Shown piece after piece: positions 1-9,122 of a stretch of 64,000 nucleotides of DNA. Under the pieces are notes generated by a model. That model worked only from the letters and a program-made list of their open reading frames with translations. It was not told where the DNA came from and searched no databases. The translations under genes and the position numbers were made by a program. How positions within the stretch are numbered: position 1 is the stretch's first letter; each line of letters opens with the position of its first letter. Source of the DNA: Polyangiales bacterium (GTDB lineage Bacteria > Myxococcota_A > Polyangia > Polyangiales > Polyangiaceae); the NCBI GenBank assembly GCA_038230375.1, contig JBBRNJ010000008.1:32001-96000 (forward strand), in the 5' to 3' direction.

Positions 1-230
1 CGGTCGAGGATGTGGTGCTTCGGATGGGTGCTCGCCCAAACGGCCGCGCGGAGAATCGGTGCACTGTGCACGCAGTGGGCCGCCGGCGCAGCTCGTCGTC
101 TCATTGCACGGCCGCGCAGCCGCGCTGGCCATTTCATTCGCAGAGGATCACATAGGCAACGTGGGATTACGTATCGTCATCACCTCGCACGAGGAGGCTG
201 CATGGTTTATCGGCGAAAAACAGCAGGCTC

Positions 231-665
231 CTAAAGCTCGATCTTGGCGACTCGTGTCGCGTGGCGGCTCTCGTCCTTGGAGAACGGCGTGGCGATCCAC
301 CAGTCCACGATGTCCGCGGCGAGGCCCGACCCGACGACGCGCTCACCGAGGGTGAGGACGTTCGCGTCGTTGTGCATGCGCGAGTAACGCGCCGTGAACG
401 TGTCCGAGCAGTTCACCGCGCGAACGCCCTTGTGGCGGTTCGCCGCGATGGCCATTCCGACGCCGGTGCCGCAGACCAGGAGCCCGCGCTCCGCCGTGCC
501 CTCGGCGACCGCGGTCGCGACCTTGTGGGCGTAGTCCGGATAGTCCGTGCTCTCTCCGGACTGCGTCCCGATGTCGGTGACCTCGTGGCCGGCCTTCCGC
601 AGGCGCTCGACCAGGACGTTCTTCAGGTTGTAGCCGCCATGGTCCGCAGCAGCGATAATCTTCAT
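231..665 (-). CDS. rpiB: ribose-5-phosphate isomerase B
   Basis: ADHGG, DYPD, CGTGVG, HNDANVL motifs; typical position after fabF. Confidence 0.96.
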   Translation of the reverse strand: MKIIAAADHGGYNLKNVLVERLRKAGHEVTDIGTQSGESTDYPDYAHKVATAVAEGTAERGLLVCGTGVGMAIAANRHKGVRAVNCSDTFTARYSRMHNDANVLTLGERVVGSGLAADIVDWWIATPFSKDESRHATRVAKIEL

Positions 666-668
666 GGT

Positions 669-1931
669 TCAGCCTTCGAATCTGGAGAGCACCAGCGAGC
701 AGTTGGTGCCGCCGAAGCCGAACGAGTTGTTCACGGCGTGGCGGATGCGGCGCTCGCGTGCCGTGTTGGGGATGTAGTCCAGCTTGCACTCGGGATCCTG
801 GTCCACGAGGTTCATGGTGGGCGGGATCCGACCCTCCGCGATGGCAAGGGCGCACACGGCGCTCTCGACCGCGCCCGCGGCCCCGAGCAGGTGACCCATC
901 ATGGACTTGGTGCTGCTGGTCCACACGTGGTCGAGCGCATTGCCGGAGACCTTGGTGGCCCATTCGCCGAAGACGGCCTCGATGGCCTGTGACTCGGCCA
1001 CGTCGCCCGCGGGCGTCGAGGTGCCGTGCATATTGATGTAATCTACATCTGTCGGATTGATGTGCGCGTCCTTGAGCGCCATTTTCATCGACCGCTGCGC
1101 GCCTTCGCCGCGGGGTGCAGGCTGCGTCAGGTGGTGGGCGTCGCTGGTGGCGCCATAGCCGGTGATCTCGCAGTAGATACGAGCGCCGCGCTTCTTTGCG
1201 TGCGTGAGGGATTCCAGGATGAGCACCGCGGCGCCCTCGCCGCAGACGAAGCCGTCGCGACCCTTGTCGAACGGGCGGCTCGCGTGGAGCGGGTCATCGT
1301 TGCGCTTGGAGAGCGCGAACATGGCCTCGAAGCCGCCGATGCCGACGGGGGTGACCGTGGCCTCTGCGCCGCCAGCGACCATGACCTGGCACCTGCCACG
1401 ACGGATCCACTCCGCCGCTTCGCCGAGCGCGTGCGCCGAAGAGGAGCACGCGCTGGTGGTGCAGTAGCTCGGCCCGCGCAGGCCCCACTTCATGCTGATC
1501 TGCCCGGCCGCGAGGTTCGAGATGATCGTCGGGATCGCGTAGGGGCTGACCTTGCCAGGGCCCTTCGTGAGAATGACCTCCTTGGTCCTCTCCAGGGAAG
1601 CAAGGCCGCCAAGACCCACGCCGATGAAGCAGCCGGTCTCGTCGCGCTCTTCGTCGGTGAGCTCGAGCTTCGCGTCGTCGAACGCAAACTTGGCCGCGCC
1701 CATCGCGAACTCGTCGAACCGATCGAGCTCCTTCTGCTTCTTCTTCTCGACGAACGGGGACACGTCCCAGTTCTTCACCTCGGCCGCGATCTTCACGCGG
1801 AACTGGGTGGTGTCGAAGAGGGTGATCGGCGCAACGCCAGACTTTCCCTCGAGGAGCGCAGACCACGACTCGCGCGTCCCGGTTCCCACCGGGCTCACGA
1901 TTCCGATCCCCGTGACGACCACTCGCTCCAT
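669..1931 (-). CDS. fabF: 3-oxoacyl-ACP synthase II
   Basis: RVVVTGIG start, TSACSSS catalytic Cys, HGTST, KSMMGHLLGAAG, NSFGFGG. Confidence 0.96.
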   Translation of the reverse strand: MERVVVTGIGIVSPVGTGTRESWSALLEGKSGVAPITLFDTTQFRVKIAAEVKNWDVSPFVEKKKQKELDRFDEFAMGAAKFAFDDAKLELTDEERDETGCFIGVGLGGLASLERTKEVILTKGPGKVSPYAIPTIISNLAAGQISMKWGLRGPSYCTTSACSSSAHALGEAAEWIRRGRCQVMVAGGAEATVTPVGIGGFEAMFALSKRNDDPLHASRPFDKGRDGFVCGEGAAVLILESLTHAKKRGARIYCEITGYGATSDAHHLTQPAPRGEGAQRSMKMALKDAHINPTDVDYINMHGTSTPAGDVAESQAIEAVFGEWATKVSGNALDHVWTSSTKSMMGHLLGAAGAVESAVCALAIAEGRIPPTMNLVDQDPECKLDYIPNTARERRIRHAVNNSFGFGGTNCSLVLSRFEG

Positions 1932-1967
1932 GAAGAGATCTCTCCGACGCTCTTGCGGCCGGCGCCG

Positions 1968-2210
1968 CTACTTCTTCGCGTTGCGCTCGATGTAATCGAT
2001 CGCGTCCTGCACGGTGCGGATCTTCTCCGTGTCCTCGTCCGGGATGTCGATCTCGAACGCTTCCTCGAACGCGAGGACGAGCTCGACGAGTCCGAGCGAG
2101 TCGGCTCCGAGGTCCTCGATGAACGTGGACTCGGGCTTGATGTCTTTTTCGTCGACGTCGAGCTGCTCTTTGATGATGCGCTTGACTTCGCTGGGAATGT
2201 CCTGAGCCAT
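1968..2210 (-). CDS. acpP: acyl carrier protein
   Basis: 80-aa acidic protein with DLGADSL phosphopantetheine site; start set at MAQD. Confidence 0.96.
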   Translation of the reverse strand: MAQDIPSEVKRIIKEQLDVDEKDIKPESTFIEDLGADSLGLVELVLAFEEAFEIDIPDEDTEKIRTVQDAIDYIERNAKK

Positions 2211-2338
2211 GGGCGTGGTCATAGCCGATTCGCAGAGGGCGGGGGAACCGAAAAAAGCCTCAGGCATCGTTATTTTGCGCGAACGCCACCACGCGGGCGC
2301 GTAGCGTCATTCGCGCGAAACGAACCCCCCGAGTTGCC

Positions 2339-3085
2339 TCACATGTGCATGCCACCGTTAACGCGCAGCACCTGGCCCGTGACGTAGTTGGCTTCGTCGC
2401 TCGCGAGATACACGCAGGCAGCCGCGATGTCCTTCGCGGTGCCGGTGCGGCCGAGCGGGATGAGCTTGTTCAGCTGCTCCTTCATCGCAAGGGTGATGCC
2501 GGTCGTCATGTCCGTGTCGATGTAGCCGGGAGCGATGACGTTCGCCGTGATGCCACGCGAGGCGTACTCGCGGGCCACGGACTTGGCCACGCCCATGAGG
2601 GCGGCCTTGGTGGCCGCGTACGCGGTCTGCCCGGCGTTGCCCATCTCTCCCACGACGCTGCCCAGGTAGATCACCCGGCCCGAGCGCGCCTTCATCATGG
2701 CGCGCGTGGCGGCCTTGGTGGCCGCGATGGCGCCCTTCACGTTCACCGCGAACAGACGGTCCAGGTCCTCTTCCTTCAGGCGAAGGAGCAGCCCGTCGAT
2801 GGCGATGCCAGCGTTGGCAACGAGGATGTCCATGCGCTTGTGCTTCTCGATCAGGCCTTCGATCGCGGTCTCGACGGCCTTCGAGTCCGCCACGTCGAAG
2901 CCGATGATCTCTGCCTTGCCGCCCTTCGCGATGATGCCGTCGGCCACTTCCTTCGCGGCCGCTTCGCCCTTCACGTAGTTGATGATCACGTGCGCGCCGC
3001 TCTCCGCGAGCGCCTCCGCGCATGCCCGCCCGATCCCACGCGAGCCACCGGTCACCAGCGCTACTTTTCCGTCGAGTCGAAACAT
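2339..3085 (-). CDS. fabG: 3-oxoacyl-ACP reductase
   Basis: TGGSRGIG, NAG, YAATK, NVIAPG; GGAAAA upstream of ATG 3085; between fabD and acpP. Confidence 0.95.
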   Translation of the reverse strand: MFRLDGKVALVTGGSRGIGRACAEALAESGAHVIINYVKGEAAAKEVADGIIAKGGKAEIIGFDVADSKAVETAIEGLIEKHKRMDILVANAGIAIDGLLLRLKEEDLDRLFAVNVKGAIAATKAATRAMMKARSGRVIYLGSVVGEMGNAGQTAYAATKAALMGVAKSVAREYASRGITANVIAPGYIDTDMTTGITLAMKEQLNKLIPLGRTGTAKDIAAACVYLASDEANYVTGQVLRVNGGMHM

Positions 3086-3099
3086 GGTGTTTTCCTTTT

Positions 3100-4050
3100 T
3101 CAAGCCTGCGTGAGGAAGGCGTGCGCCGCATCGAGCGACGCCTTGTCGCTCACGCCCACGACCTTGATGTCTTTTGCGATGCGGCGGCAGAGGCCCGCGA
3201 GCACCTTGCCCGGCCCGATCTCCAGAGCGGCCGTCACGCCCTCCCGGGCCATCAGCGTAACGCTCTCCTCCCAGCGAACGGCGCCGTCCACCTGTGACAC
3301 GAGCAGCGAGCGTACGCGCGCGGCGTCCTGGTTCGGCTTTGCGTCGAAGTTCGCGATCACCGGGAATGTAGGGGCATTCACGGTCACGGATGCAAGACGC
3401 GTCTCCACCACGCGCGCTGCAGGCGCCATCAACGCGGAGTGGAAAGGCGCGCTGACCTTGAGCGGGATCACCTTGCCCTTCTGCTCCGAGATCAGCTGGC
3501 CGGCGCGCTCCACCGCGGCGGCATGACCCGCGATGACGATCTGCCCGGGCGCGTTGAAGTTCGCTGGAGAGACCACCTCGCCCGGGATCTCCCTCTCGGC
3601 CTGCGCGCAGAGCGCGGCGAGCTTCTCCGCGTCGACGCCCATGACGGCCGCCATTGCGCCCGTTCCTGCGGGGACAGCCGCCTGCATGGCCTCACCGCGC
3701 GCGCGCACGAGCCGCACGGCGTCCTCGAGCGAGAGCGCGCCCGCTGCGACGAGCGCGGAATACTCGCCCAGCGAGTGACCTGCCGCGAACCGTGGCAGTT
3801 GCAGGGCGGGGAACACCTCGCGCAGTGCTTCGAGCGCGGCGATGCTCGTTGTGACGATCGCTGGCTGCGCGTTCGCCGTGAGCGTCAGCTGCCCCTCGGG
3901 GCCCTCGAAGATGAGGGTGGAGAGCTTCTCACCCAGCGCGGCGTCCGCTCGCTCGAAGACGTCACGTGCCGCCTTCGAGGACTCGAACAGGTCCTTGCCC
4001 ATGCCCACGAACTGCGAGCCCTGCCCGGGGAACAGCCACGCCAATTGCAT
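3100..4050 (-). CDS. fabD: malonyl-CoA:ACP transacylase
   Basis: FPGQGSQ, GHSLGE, SAPFHS, EIGPG. Confidence 0.96.
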   Translation of the reverse strand: MQLAWLFPGQGSQFVGMGKDLFESSKAARDVFERADAALGEKLSTLIFEGPEGQLTLTANAQPAIVTTSIAALEALREVFPALQLPRFAAGHSLGEYSALVAAGALSLEDAVRLVRARGEAMQAAVPAGTGAMAAVMGVDAEKLAALCAQAEREIPGEVVSPANFNAPGQIVIAGHAAAVERAGQLISEQKGKVIPLKVSAPFHSALMAPAARVVETRLASVTVNAPTFPVIANFDAKPNQDAARVRSLLVSQVDGAVRWEESVTLMAREGVTAALEIGPGKVLAGLCRRIAKDIKVVGVSDKASLDAAHAFLTQA

Positions 4051-4106
4051 GCGCGCGACCATAGCGGAGGCTCATGGGCGAGCAATGCCAAAAACCAGGA
4101 GCCCGG

Positions 4107-4367
4107 TCAGCCGCCGCCGCCTGCGTCCGTGGCTCCCGCGGTGCCCGCGTCGGTGCCCGCGGTGTCGGTGGCCGTCGCGGTCGCGGAGCCGCTGCCGCTT
4201 GCAGCACCGGTACCGCCCGTGGCGGCGCCAGTCCCGACACGCCCGCCACCCTGATAGCTGCCCTCCTCGAAGATGCAGGCGGGCGCGGCGGCAACGAGCA
4301 GCAGGACGAGAATGGATGCTCGGCGAACGCGCTTGCGGGCGCTGGCGTCTTGGTGGTGCGCGTTCAT
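4107..4367 (-). CDS. small Gly/Thr/Ala-rich putative lipoprotein
   Basis: basic N-terminus, hydrophobic stretch, APAC lipobox-like motif, low-complexity tail; ATGA overlap with upstream gene stop. Confidence 0.6.
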   Translation of the reverse strand: MNAHHQDASARKRVRRASILVLLLVAAAPACIFEEGSYQGGGRVGTGAATGGTGAASGSGSATATATDTAGTDAGTAGATDAGGGG

Positions 4368-5104
4368 TGGAGCGAGTCGCATTTCCAGTCGCCTCCCGTC
4401 AGGTTGGTCTCGCCTTGCGCGGTCTGACCACCACCGCGGTTGGTGGGGCAGGCGCCGCCTGGTTGCGCGTACGAGTCCACGTTGGTCGGACCGTTCACGA
4501 GGTCGTTGGTGCACGGGACCTGGCACGTGCAGAAGAGCTGCTGCTGGCTCGCGGCACCCAGCTCGGGGCACTTGTCGCCGATGCGATAGAAGCCAAAGCA
4601 CGTCGCGTTGGCCAGGATCTGCGCATCCGGGCACGGCGGGAACTGGATGCTGAACTTGACGGTCTTCTGCTTCTGACCGTCCAGGAAGATCTGGCACTCG
4701 TAGTCGCCCGCCTGGTACGGGAGGCCATCTGTCTGCGCGCCCTTTGCGTCTTCCTTGATGAGCAGCAGCGACTGGAGGCCGCGCCCGGACGGGCCCGGGG
4801 CGATCTCGACCTCGGTCGGGTATGCGTCGTACGCGACGAGCTGGTTCTGCACGAAGTCGTAGCGAGACACCTGGTGCAGCTTGATGTTCAGCGTCACGTC
4901 CTTCCGGACGGCGGCGAACTCCGCCACACAGTAGATCTGCGCGGTGTCCGTGAAGAAGACATTCCGCTTGCGGTCGCCGGCTCCGTCGAGCGCCATGTAC
5001 GCGTCGTCGACGTTGGCGGTGGCCGTGCACGCCACGGAGAGGACAGGTGATCCGAACAGCAGAGCCCCCCAGAAAATGCCGGCTACGCGAGCTCGATCGA
5101 GCAT
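4364..5104 (-). CDS. Cys-rich putative lipoprotein, unknown function
   Basis: signal peptide ending SVAC, beta-rich middle, Cys-rich C-terminus; TATGCT 6 nt before ATG. Confidence 0.75.
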   Translation of the reverse strand: MLDRARVAGIFWGALLFGSPVLSVACTATANVDDAYMALDGAGDRKRNVFFTDTAQIYCVAEFAAVRKDVTLNIKLHQVSRYDFVQNQLVAYDAYPTEVEIAPGPSGRGLQSLLLIKEDAKGAQTDGLPYQAGDYECQIFLDGQKQKTVKFSIQFPPCPDAQILANATCFGFYRIGDKCPELGAASQQQLFCTCQVPCTNDLVNGPTNVDSYAQPGGACPTNRGGGQTAQGETNLTGGDWKCDSLQ

Positions 5105-5118
5105 CAAACGAGCATACG

Positions 5119-6993
5119 TCAGTCGCGGGCGCCCGGCCAGCGATGTCGCGCGGCCAGGGCCAGCGGGCTGCCGCGCAGCCTTCGTGCGAGCGCTTCCTCG
5201 CGCTGGCGCGCCGCGCGGATGGCAGGCCACGCGTCCAGGTAAGCGGCAAGGTCTGCCTTGCCGGCCGCGTCGAACGCGTAGCGCGCGATCGCGTCCTTCG
5301 TGGCGCTCCGCACGGCCACTGCTCCGTCGAAGCCACCGAAGCCCTGCGTGGCGACCAGCGCACCGCCGTCCGCGTTGCCAGCGACGGGCTCGCGCGAGAG
5401 GATGAAGTGGTCGGGCAGATCGCCGAGCTCGGGGTCTGCATGGCGCAGCGTTGGAATGCCCATGGTGCGCTCGCCGAGCACGTAGCGGACCGCTTCGCAC
5501 AGAGCCTTGAGGCCGGTCTCGCCCATGGTGTGACCGTCGCCGAGGGACTTCGGCGCGCTCACCGTCATGGCGGGCATCGTCCGCAGCGTGCCGCCATGAG
5601 CTTGCTGGGTCGCGGCGGCCGCCATGCCCGCACGCGCCGTGGAGAGGTCCGTGCGCGAGTTCGTGCGGGTGCCCGTGGCGTGCGCGACCAGGTGCCCGAA
5701 GTCGGCCGCGCCATAGCCGTGCGCCTCGTGCGCCATGCGCAGCGCGTGGATGATTGCGTTCTCTCCACCGAAGCCGACACCCGCGAAATGCCCTTTTCCG
5801 CCGGTCTCGCCGCTCTGTCCCCAGCCCGCGATGATGGAGGTGATGTCGAGCTGGTTCTTCACCGCGAACGCGAGCGTGGTGATCACGATGGCGCTGCCGC
5901 CGTGACCGACGACCGTGCCGTGGGCGTCGGCGTCGAACGGCGCGAGCGAGTCGCGCACGTGGCGTCGCTCTTCCGGCGCGCGCTCCTTGTTCATCGCGTC
6001 GAGCTTGTCCTGGCTCATGAGGGCGCCCACGCCAAAGCCCTCGAGCACACGCGCGTCGCGACGCAGCGACGCATCCGCCGCGACCAGGATCACGAGCTCC
6101 GGCGACACGTGCCCCGGATAGCGGAGCACCATGTTCGCGGCGACGTCGCACAGCGACACGAGCGCGCTGGCACATGCGCCCATGGAGACCAGCGGCGCCT
6201 GAGGCACGCGCGCGAAGTCATCACCGTCGCGACGCAGCCCAGAGAGCAGCGACGGATCGCGCATCACCTTCGACAGGTTGTAGCCCGGCGAGAGCAGCGC
6301 GTTGACGAGCGCCGGCCCGTGCGTCGCGAGCGATGTGGCCAGCCTGTATGCGAGTTTGTCGTTCGCCTTGTCGGCCACGCGTTCGAGCTTTGGCTGCATG
6401 CCGAGCGAGAGCGCATCCAGCGCCTCGAGGCCCGGGAACGCGCAGGCCGCTGCGATGCGGAAGCGGTGCGGCAGCGGCATGAGCTCCGACAGCGGGCGCG
6501 GAAGCGCGGCCAGCGCGGAGAGCCCAGCGAACATGAACAGCTGGCTCTGGAGCGATGGGCCGAGGCGTGGGTCGTCCGAGAAGAGCCCGAACATGTCCTT
6601 GAAGGGACTGTGGCGGATCTCGTCGAAGGTGATGCCGGCCTGACGGCGCAGGCCTGCGTCCTCGAGGTCGTGCGGCAACAGCGCCGCGATGTCGGCGAGC
6701 ACATGCGACGCGACGTGGTCTCGCGACAGCGCGCGAATGCCCATGTTCGCGCAGAGCTTCTCCCCGAAGCGCGCGCGAATGTCGTCCATGGAAAGCACAA
6801 CGCCAGCCGGGTCTTGAAAGACCGGACTGGCCGCATCCCCCGTGATGTCGAGAAGGCCAGCGTCGAACGCGGCGAAGCCGAGAACGTCCGAGCTTCCGCA
6901 CGCGAGCGCGCGGTGCGTCTCGGTGCTGCCCACCGCGGACAAGCTCGCGCCTGTGCCGACGGTGACGAGGACTTGATCGGCGGGAAGCGCCAT
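5119..6993 (-). CDS. long beta-ketoacyl synthase (FabY / type-I-FAS-KS-like)
   Basis: GACASA (Cys), APFD, VAHATGT (His), APKSLGDGHTMG (Lys/His), TQGFGG; 624 aa with N-terminal insert. Confidence 0.85.
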   Translation of the reverse strand: MALPADQVLVTVGTGASLSAVGSTETHRALACGSSDVLGFAAFDAGLLDITGDAASPVFQDPAGVVLSMDDIRARFGEKLCANMGIRALSRDHVASHVLADIAALLPHDLEDAGLRRQAGITFDEIRHSPFKDMFGLFSDDPRLGPSLQSQLFMFAGLSALAALPRPLSELMPLPHRFRIAAACAFPGLEALDALSLGMQPKLERVADKANDKLAYRLATSLATHGPALVNALLSPGYNLSKVMRDPSLLSGLRRDGDDFARVPQAPLVSMGACASALVSLCDVAANMVLRYPGHVSPELVILVAADASLRRDARVLEGFGVGALMSQDKLDAMNKERAPEERRHVRDSLAPFDADAHGTVVGHGGSAIVITTLAFAVKNQLDITSIIAGWGQSGETGGKGHFAGVGFGGENAIIHALRMAHEAHGYGAADFGHLVAHATGTRTNSRTDLSTARAGMAAAATQQAHGGTLRTMPAMTVSAPKSLGDGHTMGETGLKALCEAVRYVLGERTMGIPTLRHADPELGDLPDHFILSREPVAGNADGGALVATQGFGGFDGAVAVRSATKDAIARYAFDAAGKADLAAYLDAWPAIRAARQREEALARRLRGSPLALAARHRWPGARD

Positions 6994-7039
6994 GATTACG
7001 GCTTACGCCTTATCACGCTCTTGTCACGCGCGCCCGGGG

Positions 7040-7225
7040 TCAGGCCTTGGTTTTCGCCCGAACTTCGCGGCCCTTGTAGTGGCCGCAGGACGCGCACGCG
7101 CGGTGCGGAACGGAGGGCTCACCGCAGTTCGCACAGGCGATCAGCTGGGGAGCGACCACCTTGTCGTGGTTGGCGCGGCGCATGTTGCGCTTGGATCGGG
7201 TCGTTCGTCGCTTGGGGACCGCCAC
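7040..7225 (-). CDS. rpmF: 50S ribosomal protein L32 (Zn-ribbon type)
   Basis: MAVPKRRTTRSKRNMRR, CANC...HRACASCGHY. Confidence 0.97.
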   Translation of the reverse strand: MAVPKRRTTRSKRNMRRANHDKVVAPQLIACANCGEPSVPHRACASCGHYKGREVRAKTKA

Positions 7226-7236
7226 GGCGGGGCTCC

Positions 7237-7845
7237 TTACTTACTTGGTTTCTTGGAGGGCTTGTTCGGAGAGCCGTCTTTTTTGGGCGTGGTGATCGAC
7301 TTCTGGTCGAGCACGATGTCCTTGAGGACTGCAAACCTGGGATCCACCGGGCGTTCGCCGGGCAGGTCCGTGGGGCCTTGGGGGGAATGGGCTATACCCG
7401 GGCAATCCTCCGAGCACAAGGGGATCATCGGGATTTCGAGCAAAAGCTCGTCGCGAACGAGGTCGTCCAGGACGACGGTATCGCCATCGTAGGGCAGGGT
7501 GTCGGCCTCATCCGAGGTGAACTCGTACTCGTCCGCGCCGTCTTTCCCGCTGCCGGGCAGCTTCACCGCCGGGACATAGAGCGCCGTGACCTGGTTGTGG
7601 ACGGTGAGCGCGACCGGCTTCGTGCAGCGCGCGCACTCCATGGTCAGGCCTACCGCGAGGTCTCCGTGGGCGACCACGTCCGTGTCGCTCTTGGAGAGCC
7701 GCACATTCAGTGAGCCGTCTTTCCCGTCGGTGGTGGCGTCGGTGCCTTCGAGGATGCCGCGCACCCACGCCGCGCGAACGACGAACTCCTTGGATTTACC
7801 GCCTATGTCGAGATCACTCCCAGGAACTTCGAATTCGTGTGCCAT
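7237..7845 (-). CDS. yceD: DUF177/YceD family protein
   Basis: CARC and PMIPLCSEDCPG, DPRFAVL; directly upstream of rpmF. Confidence 0.9.
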   Translation of the reverse strand: MAHEFEVPGSDLDIGGKSKEFVVRAAWVRGILEGTDATTDGKDGSLNVRLSKSDTDVVAHGDLAVGLTMECARCTKPVALTVHNQVTALYVPAVKLPGSGKDGADEYEFTSDEADTLPYDGDTVVLDDLVRDELLLEIPMIPLCSEDCPGIAHSPQGPTDLPGERPVDPRFAVLKDIVLDQKSITTPKKDGSPNKPSKKPSK

Positions 7846-7938
7846 GCGTGGAACGGCCTTCCTACCAGGCTCGCGGCGGCTCGTGAAGCGCGGGGAGCGG
7901 GGCCGGACGTTGGGGGACGCTGGGGGGGCAGAAGCGGC

Positions 7939-8817
7939 TCAGGGAGCAGATGCTGTCTGGGCGGCAGGACCGGCGGCGCTTCCGGCGCCACCCGCGGTGA
8001 CGGGCTCCGTGATCTGCGCCGGATCGCCGAGGAACTCGAAGTGCATCGTGTCCTGGAGGACGTCGTGTCCGAGCCAGTAGAAGCCGTAGCGCTCGAAGAT
8101 GTCGACCCAGGATTTGGGCATCGCCATGCGCTCGTACACGGTGAGCTTCTTGTTCTTGCAGAGCGGGTGATCGGGCCAGGGCGCGACGCAGCCGCAGCAG
8201 GAGTTCTTGCTGGGCTCGATGTCGAGCGCGATGCCATAGACATGGTTCGAGACCTCGAAGCCGCGGTACGTGTTCGAGAAGCGGATGCCGCCGGCGCTGG
8301 TCGGGTGGTACGCCGCGTCTGCGTGCGACGCCTTGAGCGCGGCCTCCACGCATTTCAGCGCGGGGACAACCTTCTCGTTGATCTGGACGCCGAGCCCCAT
8401 GAAGCTCATGCCCTTCGCGTAGAAGCGCGGCGGGTGCTTGTTCCATGCGGGATTGCCGAAGCCCTCGAAGTAGCCGTACTCCTTCGTGCGGTACTTGATC
8501 GCGTCCTCGAGCATCTTGCGCCCGAGGGCTGGGTCGCCCCTGAACCAGTTGCCGCGGATGAGAAACGGCTGCGCAGCTTGCTCCTTGCAGCGGAGCGTCG
8601 CGCCGTCGGCGGAGGTGATGGTGACTGGAGGATCGGAGGAAGGGGGCGTCTCGGTCGGGGCCGAGGTCGGGGTCGGGGTCGAGGTCGGGGTCGAGGTCGA
8701 GGTCGAGGTCGGGGTCGAGGTCGAGGTCGAGGTCGCGTCCGCTCGGGCTCCTGGGGACAGGGCCGCGATGAGGGCGATTGCTGCCGTCAGGGCGATCAAG
8801 GGGCGACGCGAGGGCAT
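7939..8817 (-). CDS. secreted M15-family Zn peptidoglycan peptidase
   Basis: signal peptide, Thr/Ser/Pro linker, SNHVYGIALD (SxHxxGxAxD) and DTMHFE. Confidence 0.85.
   Translation of the reverse strand: MPSRRPLIALTAAIALIAALSPGARADATSTSTSTPTSTSTSTPTSTPTPTSAPTETPPSSDPPVTITSADGATLRCKEQAAQPFLIRGNWFRGDPALGRKMLEDAIKYRTKEYGYFEGFGNPAWNKHPPRFYAKGMSFMGLGVQINEKVVPALKCVEAALKASHADAAYHPTSAGGIRFSNTYRGFEVSNHVYGIALDIEPSKNSCCGCVAPWPDHPLCKNKKLTVYERMAMPKSWVDIFERYGFYWLGHDVLQDTMHFEFLGDPAQITEPVTAGGAGSAAGPAAQTASAP
8662..8734 (-). repeat. hexamer tandem repeat (GTCGAG/GTCGGG)n encoding Thr-Ser/Thr-Pro linker
   Basis: directly visible; in frame in the M15 peptidase; ends approximate. Confidence 0.85.
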
Positions 8818-9122
8818 GAGACCGATCTACCAGACGTGCCCAGGGGCGCCAGTATTCTAAGCTTTCTGACCAGGCAGCCATTCTTCAATGCCCGGCGCGA
8901 AGCAGGCGGAGCACCGGGATGCGGCTGCGAGGATCCGGCGTGTCACTCCCTGAGGATCCACGAACTTGGTATCGCACTGGATGCGGACCCTCGGGCCGCC
9001 GTCGGCGCGTTCGATCACGAAGACCACGACAAACAGTGCAAAAATAGCGTGAGGGTCATGGCACCGTCGTTGCTCGACGCGTGGGCATGCGAGCGGTGGC
9101 GATCGTTGGTACGATGGAGAAC

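Noticed and set aside
1..230. Short ORFs at the window start; glyA might be expected after rpiB
   Set aside because: No frame on either strand gives a recognisable protein
2273..2320. Imperfect inverted repeat TTTTGCGCGAA...TTCGCGCGAAA between fabG and acpP
   Set aside because: Could be an operator or mRNA stem, but GC-rich arms and a long loop make chance plausible
5119..6993. Polyketide or other secondary-metabolite cluster around the extra KS
   Set aside because: No dedicated ACP, chain-length factor, cyclase or tailoring genes; neighbours are primary FAS II genes
5047..7713. 888-aa + strand ORF and similar long ORFs (13055-15421, 24071-26647, 32842-35142, 58523-61360, 63118-63960)
   Set aside because: Antisense shadows of motif-bearing genes, expected at high GC; Arg/Ala/His-rich with no motifs
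8662..8734. Tandem repeats here and at 29371, 34366 and 50273 as possible CRISPR arrays
   Set aside because: No repeat-spacer structure, all are in-frame coding low-complexity, and there are no cas genes
8857..9080. Open minus-strand frame (…VVFVIERADGGPRVRIQCDTKFVDP…) between the M15 and Uma2 genes
   Set aside because: No convincing start or family motif; may be a remnant but I cannot support it
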